Positions 1 to 8,737 of a DNA stretch of 32,000 bases are shown here, in pieces. The translations under genes and the position numbers were made by a program. Every line of letters starts with the position of its first letter. Position 1 is the first letter of the stretch. This stretch comes from Erysipelotrichaceae bacterium (GTDB lineage Bacteria; Bacillota_I; Bacilli_A; Erysipelotrichales; Coprobacillaceae): assembly GCA_028698185.1 (NCBI GenBank), contig JAQVDW010000019.1:1-32000 (forward strand), in the 5' to 3' direction. The notes below the pieces were generated by a model. That model was not told the origin of the DNA. It did not search any database and saw only the letters and a program-made list of their open reading frames with translations.

Positions 1-15
1 TTGTAAAATTTATGC

Positions 16-44
16 TTTAAAACAGTTTTGAATTGTGCTAAAAT
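16..44 (+). promoter_or_regulatory. Putative sigma-A promoter for tRNA-Arg
   Basis: TTTAAA (16-21), 17-nt spacer, then TAAAAT (39-44) preceded by TGc (extended -10). It lies about 30 nt upstream of the tRNA. Confidence 0.3.
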
Positions 45-74
45 GGTGTAGCAACATTCCAAGCTGGTAATTTT

Positions 75-151
75 GTCCCCGTACCTCAGTTGGATAGAGG
101 GATCGCCTCCGGAGCGATTAGCCGCTGGTTCGAATCCAGTCGGGGACGCCA
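75..151 (+). tRNA. tRNA-Arg (anticodon CCG), encoded CCA end
   Basis: Cloverleaf readable by eye. Acceptor GTCCCCG/CGGGGAC, D-arm CCTC..GAGG, anticodon stem ATCGC/GCGAT with loop CTCCGGA (anticodon CCG), T-arm GCTGG-TTCGAAT-CCAGT, discriminator G plus CCA. Confidence 0.9.
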
Positions 152-164
152 TTAAATGAAACTG

Positions 165-190
165 AAATGCCTTCGGGCATTTTTTTCTTT
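165..190 (+). terminator. Rho-independent terminator after the tRNA
   Basis: Hairpin atgcc-ttcg-ggcat followed by a T-run (tttttttcttttt). Confidence 0.6.
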
Positions 191-276
191 TTCCGATTTA
201 GAAATTCGCTTGTTTTTGGTTTGCTTTTTGGCAATAATGGATACTGAAAACACTGAATGATATGGAGATGACTCAA

Positions 277-1050
277 ATGAAGAAGAAATATATATTTTTT
301 GATATCGACGGTACGCTGGCCGTAGGGGTTCCCGGCAAGCAATATGTTCCCGATTCAGCCAAAGAGGCGATAGCCAGGCTGAGGGAAAACGGCCATTTCG
401 TCGCAATCGCCACTGGCCGGAGCTATGCTATGGCTTATGAACACATGGTGGAGCTGGGTTTTGAAAATATGGTCCATGACGGTGGCAACGGGATCACCAT
501 CGACAACAAGCTTCTTGGAATAACTCCGCTCGATTATGATAAGTGCATCGAGCTGATCGAGGAGTGCAAGCGCAAGGATTTTATCTGGGCGATGTCGCCT
601 GACAATGCCACGCGGCGTCTGGCTCCCGATGAACGGTTCTATCAGTTCACCCAGGATACTTATATGAAGACCGAGGTCAAGCCCGACCTCAACCCGCTTG
701 ACTACGACAAGATCTACAAGCTTTATATTGCCTGCAACCGCGACGAAGAGATGCGCCTCGACGCCTTGAAGGGTCTTCCGTGGTGCCGTTTCCATGATGA
801 ATACCTGTTTGTCGAGCCCATTGACAAATCGGTAGGAATCAAGGCCATTGTCGACCATCTAGGCGGCGATTACAAAGATGTTGTCGTATTTGGCGACGAG
901 GTCAATGACCTGTCGATGTTCATCGACGAGTGGACCAGTGTGGCCATGGGCAACGCGATCGAGGAGCTCAAGGCAAAGGCGTCTTACATCACCGATGACA
1001 ATGACAAAGACGGGATATACAAAGCCTGCAGGCATTTGCGCCTGATTTAA
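277..1050 (+). CDS. Cof-type HAD-IIB family hydrolase (sugar-phosphatase-like)
   Basis: N-terminal HAD motif I FFDIDGTL, motif II-like IATGR, and C-terminal FGDEVNDLSM plus GNA motif. GGAGA lies 8 nt upstream of the ATG at 277. The ORF track start at 262 is an alternative. Confidence 0.85.
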   Translation: MKKKYIFFDIDGTLAVGVPGKQYVPDSAKEAIARLRENGHFVAIATGRSYAMAYEHMVELGFENMVHDGGNGITIDNKLLGITPLDYDKCIELIEECKRKDFIWAMSPDNATRRLAPDERFYQFTQDTYMKTEVKPDLNPLDYDKIYKLYIACNRDEEMRLDALKGLPWCRFHDEYLFVEPIDKSVGIKAIVDHLGGDYKDVVVFGDEVNDLSMFIDEWTSVAMGNAIEELKAKASYITDDNDKDGIYKACRHLRLI

Positions 1051-1064
1051 ACAACCCAACGATA

Positions 1065-1110
1065 AAAGCACCCTGCAATCATTCCGGATTGCGGGGTGCT
1101 TTGTTTTTTT
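1065..1110. terminator. Bidirectional terminator between convergent genes
   Basis: Long hairpin aaagcaccctgcaatc / gattgcggggtgcttt followed by a T-run on the plus strand. It sits between the HAD gene stop and the stop of the minus-strand baeRF-like gene. Confidence 0.6.
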
Positions 1111-2254
1111 AGAATCTGTAGATGGCAGCCAGGCCACTTTCGGTCGGCATTTTTTCTTTAGGAAGGACAACTACGGTTCCTTGAGATTTCAAAACCAGTT
1201 TCACAATTGTTTCAATCAGATCGTTATAGCTGACGTTGTCGTCTCTTTCGTACTTGATTGTACCGTTGCTAAGGTCGAGATGGCCAGGGAATTCCACGTC
1301 GGCTTCGACTAGAAGCGTCTTGATTCTCTTTTCGACTGCGGCCTGAGCCACTTCTTCAAGGTCAGATGAACCCAATGAGTTGGCTCTTGCCAGATCGAAT
1401 TCATCAAGCAACGCCTGGGTCTTTGCTTCATAGATCGGCAGCATTACTTTCCAAGCTTCTTCTTTCAAGCGGTTGAGGTCCATCTTTTCCCATGAACCCG
1501 CAACACCGTCTTTCATCAGGTAAGGGTTCGTGCTGATTTTATTGAATTCGCCGCTGTTGTGAGCCAGCCCGAACAGGATGACCGGAAGTTTGTCCTTGTT
1601 TGAGAAGTTGTCAAAGACAGCCTTGTCGACATAACGGAAATATTTTTCGAGGTCTTTTTGGCCTTCTTCGCTCCGGCCACCTTGGCCGTGGAACGCAACA
1701 CCACCGGAGTTGCCGCCATATGATCCAAAATTCAAGAAAGCTTCGGTGTGCTGGTCACCCAGAACATCCTTGATTGACTTGAATATATCCGGATTGCGTT
1801 CAACTTCCTCGATCGAGTAGCGGTTGGCGTTGTAGAGTGAGAAACTGTCCTTGTTCAATCCAAGGAGATGATAATTTCCAGCTGACTGGAATACCCTGAT
1901 CAGCGGTTTGATCGCGAAGCTGTCACCGATTTGGGTGATGGTATCAACTTCGTGGGGCAACACGTAGACCATGCATTTGTCTTTGTTTGCGAGTACAGCG
2001 AGTCCGTCCAATGTCTTATTCCAAAAGCTGCGATCATTAAGCAGGTAATATAGAGGTTTCATCAATGCGTCGATTTCCTTTTGTTCAAATCTTTTTTTCA
2101 GGTTATCTTCAATTTTAAAGAGTGAATTCTTGAATGCAGTACCATCTTCGATATTTTCCGGAGATCGGCGATGGGTGTTTTGGTAAATGGAAATGCAAGG
2201 GTAACCTTCTTCAAAAATGAATTCATTGGGAAAATCTTTGACTATTTCATACAT
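1109..2254 (-). CDS. Bacterial archaeo-eukaryotic release-factor-like (baeRF family; aeRF1/Pelota-like) protein
   Basis: 381-aa ORF with AAGGAGG 7 nt upstream of the ATG. The N-terminal ISIYQNTHRRSPENIEDGTAFKNSL pattern resembles the PTHR..NPIRLKN start of baeRF proteins. There is a Gly/Gln-rich loop FHGQGGRSEEGQ, and the C-terminus GLAAIYRF resembles the eRF1/Pelota domain-3 ending. The function call comes from remembered family patterns, not a search. Confidence 0.5.
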   Translation of the reverse strand: MYEIVKDFPNEFIFEEGYPCISIYQNTHRRSPENIEDGTAFKNSLFKIEDNLKKRFEQKEIDALMKPLYYLLNDRSFWNKTLDGLAVLANKDKCMVYVLPHEVDTITQIGDSFAIKPLIRVFQSAGNYHLLGLNKDSFSLYNANRYSIEEVERNPDIFKSIKDVLGDQHTEAFLNFGSYGGNSGGVAFHGQGGRSEEGQKDLEKYFRYVDKAVFDNFSNKDKLPVILFGLAHNSGEFNKISTNPYLMKDGVAGSWEKMDLNRLKEEAWKVMLPIYEAKTQALLDEFDLARANSLGSSDLEEVAQAAVEKRIKTLLVEADVEFPGHLDLSNGTIKYERDDNVSYNDLIETIVKLVLKSQGTVVVLPKEKMPTESGLAAIYRF

Positions 2255-2447
2255 GATTAAGCCTCCTTTTATAACTGTCCGTTTGAATTGTCATAAATTT
2301 AGATGTCCCGAATAAAAGATTTGATCGTATCGCATAATTGGAAAAACGATTGGATAGGACACTGTTTTGCCTGGTTGAGGCTGTTGTCCTGAAAAAAAGA
2401 CTAAGACCGGTTCCGGTTTTTTAAACAGTTTCCCTTCTGGTAAGATA

Positions 2448-2476
2448 ATTGTATCATAACGCTCACAGGAATTCAA
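2448..2476 (-). promoter_or_regulatory. Strong sigma-A promoter driving the baeRF-like gene
   Basis: On the minus strand: TTGAAT, 17-nt spacer, then TACAAT with TGa immediately upstream (extended -10). This implies a 5' UTR of about 185 nt before the ATG at 2254. Confidence 0.5.
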
Positions 2477-2577
2477 ACTAAGCCCGATAGTAAGATGAAT
2501 TTTTATTGCTTTTGCCATTCTGTCAAGGTGGCCAATATCTGAGGCGCCAGGAAGATGCCGATGGAGAATGGACAGTA

Positions 2578-2605
2578 ACAAAAAACCGGAGCGTATTGGC
2601 TCCGG
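2578..2605 (-). terminator. Rho-independent terminator of the panBCD operon
   Basis: On the minus strand: ccggagc-caatac-gctccgg followed by tttttt, 15 nt after the panD stop. Confidence 0.7.
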
Positions 2606-2620
2606 CTGATTGGTCAGGGT

Positions 2621-3004
2621 CTATTTCAACAGACCATGTTCCTCGTAATTGGTGATTTTGGTTGGAGTGTTCTTATCGTCGACAAAGACGACTGTCGGCA
2701 AATTTTCCTTAACCTCCTCAGGGCTCATCAGGGCATATGTCATGATGATGATCAGATCGCCCGGGGCCACAAGCCTTGCGGCCGGGCCATTGAGGCAGAT
2801 GATGCCGCTGTTTTGTTCGCCTTTGATGGCGTAGGTCTCGAAACGGCTGCCGTTGTTGACGTCAACAATCTGAACTTTTTCATATTCGTGGATGTTGGCG
2901 GCCTCCATGAGTTTCTCGTCGATTGTGATGCTTCCTACGTAATTCAAATCCGCCTGGGTCACCGTTGCCCGGTGGATCTTGCTTTTCAACATGTTCAACT
3001 GCAT
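2621..3004 (-). CDS. panD: Aspartate 1-decarboxylase
   Basis: [25 protein letters not shown] with the self-processing G-S site, and CLNGPAARL. Its start overlaps the panC stop by 1 nt (TAATG). Confidence 0.93.
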   Translation of the reverse strand: MQLNMLKSKIHRATVTQADLNYVGSITIDEKLMEAANIHEYEKVQIVDVNNGSRFETYAIKGEQNSGIICLNGPAARLVAPGDLIIIMTYALMSPEEVKENLPTVVFVDDKNTPTKITNYEEHGLLK

Positions 3005-3864
3005 TATTTTTCCTCCTGTTTGAATGGTATCGTGGTATTGTCGATTAGGCGTGTCGCCCCGAACCTGACTGCCAGGGCGATCAGGATGTCGTCATTGAAT
3101 TCCATGACCGGCTCGAGCGTCTTGCTGTCGACGATTTCGACATAGTCGATGTCGGCCAGGGGCATCGTGTTTATTGTGGCAATCATTTCTTCTTTCAATC
3201 CGGCAATGTCAGTAAAGCCACTTCTGGCATGTGATTGTGCTTGAACGAGGGCTTTGTTGAGGATTGTGGCCTGTTCGCGTTGTTGTGGGGTCAGATACGA
3301 GTTGCGGGAGCTTTTGGCCAGGCCGTCAGCTTCACGGATGATCTGGCAGCCCACAATTTCGATATCGAAGTCGAGGTCCTTTGCCATCTGCTTGATGATG
3401 GTTAGCTGCTGGGCATCCTTCTGGCCAAAATAGGCCCGATCGGGATTTACGATATTGAAGAGTTTGGCAACCACGGTACAGACGCCCTGGAAATGGTCCG
3501 GTCGCGATTTGCCACACAGGCTGTATTTGAGTCGGGTGATATCGACCAGGCTGCAAAATCCGGGTGGGTACATCGCATCTGGCTCGGGATGGAAGATCAA
3601 ATCGACCCCGGCTTCCTGGCAAAGCGAAGAATCGGCTGCGAAATCGCGGGGATATTTGTCAAGATCCTCGTTGGCGCCAAACTGGGTCGGATTGACGAAA
3701 ATGGAAACGACAGTGATGTCGTTATGGGCGATTGACTCCTGGATCAGGCTTTGATGGCCCTCATGCAAATATCCCATGGTTGGGACGAAGCCGATCGATT
3801 TCCCGGCTTTTTGCCACTTTTTGATCTGTTCCTTTGTCTGTTTTACGGTATTAGTTACTATCAT
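3004..3864 (-). CDS. panC: Pantoate--beta-alanine ligase
   Basis: [16 protein letters not shown] (HIGH-like motif), FVNPTQF, and the YFGQKDAQQ motif typical of PanC. Confidence 0.93.
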   Translation of the reverse strand: MIVTNTVKQTKEQIKKWQKAGKSIGFVPTMGYLHEGHQSLIQESIAHNDITVVSIFVNPTQFGANEDLDKYPRDFAADSSLCQEAGVDLIFHPEPDAMYPPGFCSLVDITRLKYSLCGKSRPDHFQGVCTVVAKLFNIVNPDRAYFGQKDAQQLTIIKQMAKDLDFDIEIVGCQIIREADGLAKSSRNSYLTPQQREQATILNKALVQAQSHARSGFTDIAGLKEEMIATINTMPLADIDYVEIVDSKTLEPVMEFNDDILIALAVRFGATRLIDNTTIPFKQEEK

Positions 3865-4717
3865 TATCTGGCTCCTTTTTTTCGATGATCATTCTAAGCT
3901 CTTCGATTATCTCGTCCTTGATGGCGTATTCGTAAGGTGCGCTGGGAAATTCCTGGTTCCTGACATCCTGGCAGTAATTGCCTAAAGCATCCTGGACATC
4001 CTGGGCCAGGTTCGCATATTTCTTTACAAATTTGGGCGTATGGTTAAGGTTCAATCCGAGCAGGTCCTGGAATACCAGGACTTGGCCGTCGCAGTCGCTG
4101 CCGGCTCCGATTCCGATTGTGGCGACGTCGACAACCTGGGTTATCAGTCCCGCCAGTTTGCTTGGAACACATTCCAGAACGATGGCACACACCCCCGCCG
4201 CCTGCAGGGCCAAGGCGTCATTGACAAGGTTCGTTGCCGCCTGGACCTGCTTGCCTTGGACCTTGTACCCGCCCAGGGCGTTGAATGACTGAGGGGTAAG
4301 GCCGAGGTGACCGATGACCGGGATCCCGGCATTGACAATCGCCTTCACTTGGGGGCAGACATTTTTTCCGCCCTCGAGCTTGATCGCATTGCCGTTTGTT
4401 TCCTTGATTATCTTGCCGGCATTTTCCAAAGCCTGTTCAGGGGAAATCTGGTACGACATGAAAGGCATGTCGATGACCACGAACGCCTCGTGGGCCCCCT
4501 TGACCACCGCTTTGCCATGGTGGATCATGTCGCCGATTGTGACTGGCAAGACGTTCTGGTACCCGAGCATGACATTGCCAAGGGAATCGCCCACAAGTAT
4601 TACATCGACCCCCGACAGGTCGACCAGCCGGGCGCTTGTATAGTCATAAGCCGTGACCATTGTGATTTTCTCGTTCTTGCTTTTGGCTTCGCCAAATAAT
4701 GATACAGTTTTTTTCAT
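3851..4717 (-). CDS. panB: 3-methyl-2-oxobutanoate hydroxymethyltransferase
   Basis: ITMVTAYDY, LVGDSLGNV, GHLGLTPQS and IVLECVP motifs. I chose the start at 4717 (MKKTV) because AGGAGG lies 7 nt upstream. The ORF-track start at 4825 has no RBS. The gene overlaps panC by 14 nt. Confidence 0.9.
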   Translation of the reverse strand: MKKTVSLFGEAKSKNEKITMVTAYDYTSARLVDLSGVDVILVGDSLGNVMLGYQNVLPVTIGDMIHHGKAVVKGAHEAFVVIDMPFMSYQISPEQALENAGKIIKETNGNAIKLEGGKNVCPQVKAIVNAGIPVIGHLGLTPQSFNALGGYKVQGKQVQAATNLVNDALALQAAGVCAIVLECVPSKLAGLITQVVDVATIGIGAGSDCDGQVLVFQDLLGLNLNHTPKFVKKYANLAQDVQDALGNYCQDVRNQEFPSAPYEYAIKDEIIEELRMIIEKKEPDNDSN

Positions 4718-5083
4718 AAGTCCTCCTAAAATCGTTGTTTTAGAGGCTTTCGCAGAAATTGTGGAAAACCGGAATTTAGGCAAACAAAAAAGAATACCTT
4801 GATTATATAAGTCATCCGATCTCATTAACTCAGTATTGCGCCCTTGCCGTATTTGGTTTTAATTTTCCTGATTTTCACGGTATAGTTTCCAACGAATACC
4901 ATCCACAAACACTTTATCATGAATTCCAGGAATCTGCAATTTAAAATTTGCGTCGATTTATTCGGTGTTTTTTCTTTGCGGGAGTTGCCTATCGAAAAAA
5001 GTTATGGTTTTCCATAGAAAACCGATATTGGAATGCTCTCAAGTTGATGTGCTATAGTCGGGTTGTAAAGGAGAGTACATTAT

Positions 5084-7345
5084 ATGAAAAATGCAACAAT
5101 CGGTTATCCGCGAATCGGTGAGTTTCGCGAGTTGAAATTTGCGGTTGAAAAATACTTTAAAGGAGAAAACAGCCAGGAAGACCTCGAGGCGGTGGCCAAC
5201 GGGCTTAAGGAAAAGCACTGGGCAAGTCAAAAGGGGAAAGTCGACTATATCAGCTCCAATGACTTCTCTTTCTATGACAACTTTCTTGATCTGGCAATCC
5301 TGTTCAACCTGATCCCCCGCCGTTATCAAGAACTTGATCTTTGTGAACTGGACACCTACTTCGCGATGGCCCGGGGCTACCAGTCAGGCGAATGTGATGT
5401 CAAGGCTCTGGCGATGAAGAAGTGGTTCGATACGAATTACCACTATCAGGTCATTGAAATCGAGGATGACGCAAACATCTGTCTTAGAGGCAGCAAGCCG
5501 TTCGATGAGTATCTGGCCGCTCGAAAATCTGGCATTGAAACCAAACCGATGATCATCGGTCCATTCACCTTGTTCAAGCTGGCCCGATTTACCGGTGAAA
5601 AAAGTGTTGATCATTTTGTCGAACAGACAGTCAAGGCCTATGGCGAAATGCTCGAGCGTTTCGAAACGCTTGGCTGTGTCTGGGTGCAGCTAGACGAGCC
5701 CGCCCTGGTAAAAGATCTCGCCGGGGATGACATTGAACTTTTCAAATCGGTCTATGAGAAATTGCTTGAAAGAAAAGGTTGCCTGAAGATTTTGCTTCAG
5801 ACGTATTTCGATGACGTGCGTGACTGCTACGACCAAATCCTCGAATTGGACTTCGATGGCCTGGGTCTTGATTTTGTTGCCGGGTCAAAAAACCGGGAAC
5901 TTGTGATAAACGGCCCTTATCTTGACAAGACTCTTTTTGCGGGGGTTGTCAACGGCAAGAATATCTGGAAAAACAATTACAATACCAGCCTAAAACTCCT
6001 CAAAGAACTTGAGGCCAACTGCAAGGAGGTTGTCATCTCCACCTCGTGCTCGCTTCTCCATGTCCCCTATACCCTGGCAAACGAACCTGGTTTGAAAGAA
6101 GGATACAAAAGACACTTCGCTTTCGCAAAGGAAAAACTGGACGAGCTTCTGGAACTGAAGCAACTAAGCGCGAGTGGGGACTTGGGAAATGAGCCTGGTT
6201 ACAGGAAAAACAAGGAACTTTTTGGCAAAAGGGATTGCGTCAATGAACGGGTCCAGGCTGAAATGAACAATCTGGCACCTGCGGATTTCCGGCGCGGTGA
6301 TGACTTTGATTTCCGGGCTCATTGCCAGAAGAAATACTTCAACCTGCCTTTGCTGCCGACCACCACAATCGGGTCCTTCCCGCAAACCGGGGAACTCAAA
6401 AGGATGCGTTCGCTCTATCGAAAAGGCAAAGTGAAACAGCCTGAGTACGAAGGCTATATCCAGGGGCTGATCAGGCAGTGGATTGAAATCCAGGAGGACA
6501 TCGGTCTGGATGTCCTGGTTCATGGCGAGTTCGAGCGCAATGACATGGTCGAGTACTTTGGCGCGAACCTTGAAGGTTACCTTTTCAGCTGTAACGGATG
6601 GGTGCAGTCGTATGGCACCCGGGCGGTAAAACCGCCAATCATCTGGGGCGATGTCGCCTGGGTCAGACCCCTGAGTTGCAAGTGGATATCCTATGCCCAG
6701 TCACTTAGCGCAAAACCGGTAAAAGGGATGCTTACCGGTCCGGTGACAATGTTGAACTGGTCATTCCCGCGTGAGGACATCACCAGTAAAGAAATGGCTC
6801 TGCAACTGGCGTTGGCAATCAGACAGGAAGTCGATTGCCTGGAGAAGCAAGGCATCAAGATTATCCAGATCGACGAGGCGGCCTTACGTGAGAAACTGCC
6901 GCTTAAAAAGTCACGCTGGCATGATGATTATCTTGATTGGGCTATCGAAGCATTCCGTCTGTGTCATTCCCGGGTGGCTGCGACGACCCAAATCCACACC
7001 CATATGTGCTATAGTGAGTTTGGGGACATCCTTCCTGAAATCGATGCGATGGATGCCGATGTGATCACTTTTGAGGCCAGCCGGTCAGACATGGAATTGC
7101 TCAAAAAGCTTCGGGAAGAGCAGTTCAAGACGGCCATCGGACCAGGCATCTATGACATACATTCGCCAAGGATTCCCCCGGTAGACGAACTGGCCCTGGC
7201 GATAAACAAGATCAAGGAAGAAGTCGGACTTGAAAAGCTGTGGATCAATCCGGATTGCGGTTTGAAAACCCGGGGCGAAACGGAAACGGTTGCCAGCTTG
7301 AAAAACATGGTGCAAACTACCCGGGAGACAAGAAAAAATATGTAA
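5084..7345 (+). CDS. metE: 5-methyltetrahydropteroyltriglutamate--homocysteine S-methyltransferase (cobalamin-independent methionine synthase)
   Basis: 753 aa with the two-domain MetE architecture. The N-terminus reads GYPRIGEFRELKFA. The C-terminal domain has TTIGSFPQT, HGEFERNDMVEYF, IQIDEAALRE, HMCYSEF and NPDCGLKTR (Zn site). Confidence 0.95.
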   Translation: MKNATIGYPRIGEFRELKFAVEKYFKGENSQEDLEAVANGLKEKHWASQKGKVDYISSNDFSFYDNFLDLAILFNLIPRRYQELDLCELDTYFAMARGYQSGECDVKALAMKKWFDTNYHYQVIEIEDDANICLRGSKPFDEYLAARKSGIETKPMIIGPFTLFKLARFTGEKSVDHFVEQTVKAYGEMLERFETLGCVWVQLDEPALVKDLAGDDIELFKSVYEKLLERKGCLKILLQTYFDDVRDCYDQILELDFDGLGLDFVAGSKNRELVINGPYLDKTLFAGVVNGKNIWKNNYNTSLKLLKELEANCKEVVISTSCSLLHVPYTLANEPGLKEGYKRHFAFAKEKLDELLELKQLSASGDLGNEPGYRKNKELFGKRDCVNERVQAEMNNLAPADFRRGDDFDFRAHCQKKYFNLPLLPTTTIGSFPQTGELKRMRSLYRKGKVKQPEYEGYIQGLIRQWIEIQEDIGLDVLVHGEFERNDMVEYFGANLEGYLFSCNGWVQSYGTRAVKPPIIWGDVAWVRPLSCKWISYAQSLSAKPVKGMLTGPVTMLNWSFPREDITSKEMALQLALAIRQEVDCLEKQGIKIIQIDEAALREKLPLKKSRWHDDYLDWAIEAFRLCHSRVAATTQIHTHMCYSEFGDILPEIDAMDADVITFEASRSDMELLKKLREEQFKTAIGPGIYDIHSPRIPPVDELALAINKIKEEVGLEKLWINPDCGLKTRGETETVASLKNMVQTTRETRKNM

Positions 7346-7350
7346 TACAA

Positions 7351-7377
7351 AAACAGGCCTGGGATTCAGGCTTGTTT
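7351..7377. terminator. Bidirectional terminator between metE and the convergent LysR gene
   Basis: Hairpin aaacaggcctg-ggatt-caggcttgttt (one G-U pair), with A/T runs on both sides. It overlaps the LysR stop codon. Confidence 0.5.
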
Positions 7378-8277
7378 CTGGTTCAGGATTTTTTGCAACA
7401 CATCCAGGTATCTCATGGAAAAATCGGAAAGGATATGGTCGTTCCGGCTGATCCAGCCGATAACCATATGCTCGCTTGTTTCCAGTTTGATGGCGACAAT
7501 ATCGCTATCTTCAGGGTCGGTGTTCAGGATGCCCGAACAGATTGTGTATCCCTTCAATCCGACAACCAGGTCGAAAAGCGTTGCACGGTCGGTGACATAG
7601 ATGGTCTTCTTGTGCTCGATGTCGCCGATGATCTCCTCGCACAGGTAGAAGGAATTGTGCTCGCCCTGTTCGAAGGCGAGAAAATGGTAATCCTGCAACT
7701 GGGCGAAATTGACGCTCTTTTTGGATGCAAGGGGATGATCACTGGCGACAAAGACATGGAGACCGGTTTCGAGCAGTTGGTTGAACGTCAGGTTGTTTTC
7801 CTTCAGAATTTTAAGCAGATACGGGCTGTTGAACTGGCTCAGGTAAATAACTCCGATCTCGCTATGCCCCTTTTTTACATCGTCGATGATATGGAGGGTT
7901 TCTTGCTCTCGCAGATGATAGCAAAAATCATCCTGCTTGTAGGTGTTTACCGCCTTGATGAATGCCTCAATCACGAAGGCGTAGTGCTGGGTGGAAATCG
8001 ACCAGGATGGACAGGCACCTTCATTAGTCGAAAAGTGGCTTTCAATCAGAGCCGTCTGCTCAAGGATTATCTGGGCGTGGCTTAGCAGCGTTTGACCCTG
8101 AGCTGAAAGGGTCAGTCCCTGGCTGGAGCGGATGAAGATTTTGATTCCAAGCTCCTCCTCCAGGTCCTTGATGGCTTTGGAAAGAGAAGGTTGGCTGATA
8201 AAGAGTTCCTTGGCCGCCTGGGTCATCGACTTGCATGCGACAATTTTGCTCAAATATTTCATTTGTTTGATGGTCAT
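7366..8277 (-). CDS. LysR family transcriptional regulator (candidate MetR/MtaR-like regulator of metE)
   Basis: N-terminal winged HTH MTQAAKELFISQPSLSKAIKDLEEELGIKIF plus an effector domain of about 200 aa. The regulatory target is inferred from adjacency only. Confidence 0.85.
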   Translation of the reverse strand: MTIKQMKYLSKIVACKSMTQAAKELFISQPSLSKAIKDLEEELGIKIFIRSSQGLTLSAQGQTLLSHAQIILEQTALIESHFSTNEGACPSWSISTQHYAFVIEAFIKAVNTYKQDDFCYHLREQETLHIIDDVKKGHSEIGVIYLSQFNSPYLLKILKENNLTFNQLLETGLHVFVASDHPLASKKSVNFAQLQDYHFLAFEQGEHNSFYLCEEIIGDIEHKKTIYVTDRATLFDLVVGLKGYTICSGILNTDPEDSDIVAIKLETSEHMVIGWISRNDHILSDFSMRYLDVLQKILNQKQA

Positions 8278-8737
8278 TTGGATTCCTGCCTTTCTTGATA
8301 ATTATAACAATTGGAGCTGGCTGATGCTTATTGGATATTTCTCGAACCGGGTATAGGCAAAAATTATATCTCATAACAGATTGATCTCACCGTTATAAAA
8401 TATTAATGACTTATGTGGGATTGCTTCGTACTAATTATCAGACCATATAGGTGCCTTCATCATCCGATCAGGCACCTGGGTGAGAATCTGGTGGTAATCG
8501 CCAGATCCGGTGACCGGTGATCGAAACCAGAGCCACAAGCAACCACCTGAATCAGATCTAAATCCAGTGGCATCCGAAAAACCGTCAATGTCGATCCGGT
8601 GATTCGTCCAGCAGCGCCGGCTTTGTAGCCGCAGCCCGGGGAAACGTTTCCCGACAACCAATTTAGCTGATTCAAAAAAATTCCTGAGATCTGTTTGTGA
8701 TAAATGTAAAACAACCGGAAATATCGGTCGGATTATT

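Noticed and set aside
2291-2581. 96-aa minus-strand ORF between panD and the baeRF-like gene
   Set aside because: It starts at a TTG inside the U-run of the panD terminator and reads straight through the predicted promoter of the downstream gene. It has no RBS. It is most likely spurious.
4718-4825. N-terminal 36-aa extension of panB
   Set aside because: No RBS precedes 4825, whereas a perfect AGGAGG precedes the ATG at 4717. PanB homologs begin close to the MKKT...ITMVTAYDY segment.
7240-8085. 281-aa plus-strand ORF
   Set aside because: It lies antisense to the well-supported LysR regulator gene and overlaps the metE 3' end. It has no RBS, and the sequence is low-complexity-like with no recognisable motifs. 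It is a shadow ORF.
8480-8510. Resemblance of GGGTGAGAATCTGGTGGTAATCGCCAGAT to cobalamin (GGTGAGAATCC), TPP (ATCTGGATAATGCCAG) and T-box (GGTGGTACCGCG) core motifs
   Set aside because: Each match is partial, and the other obligatory elements of each class are missing at the expected spacing. These are the B12 box with GGGAAG, the CUGAGA/P3 element, and stem I with a specifier. I cannot assign any known riboswitch class by eye.
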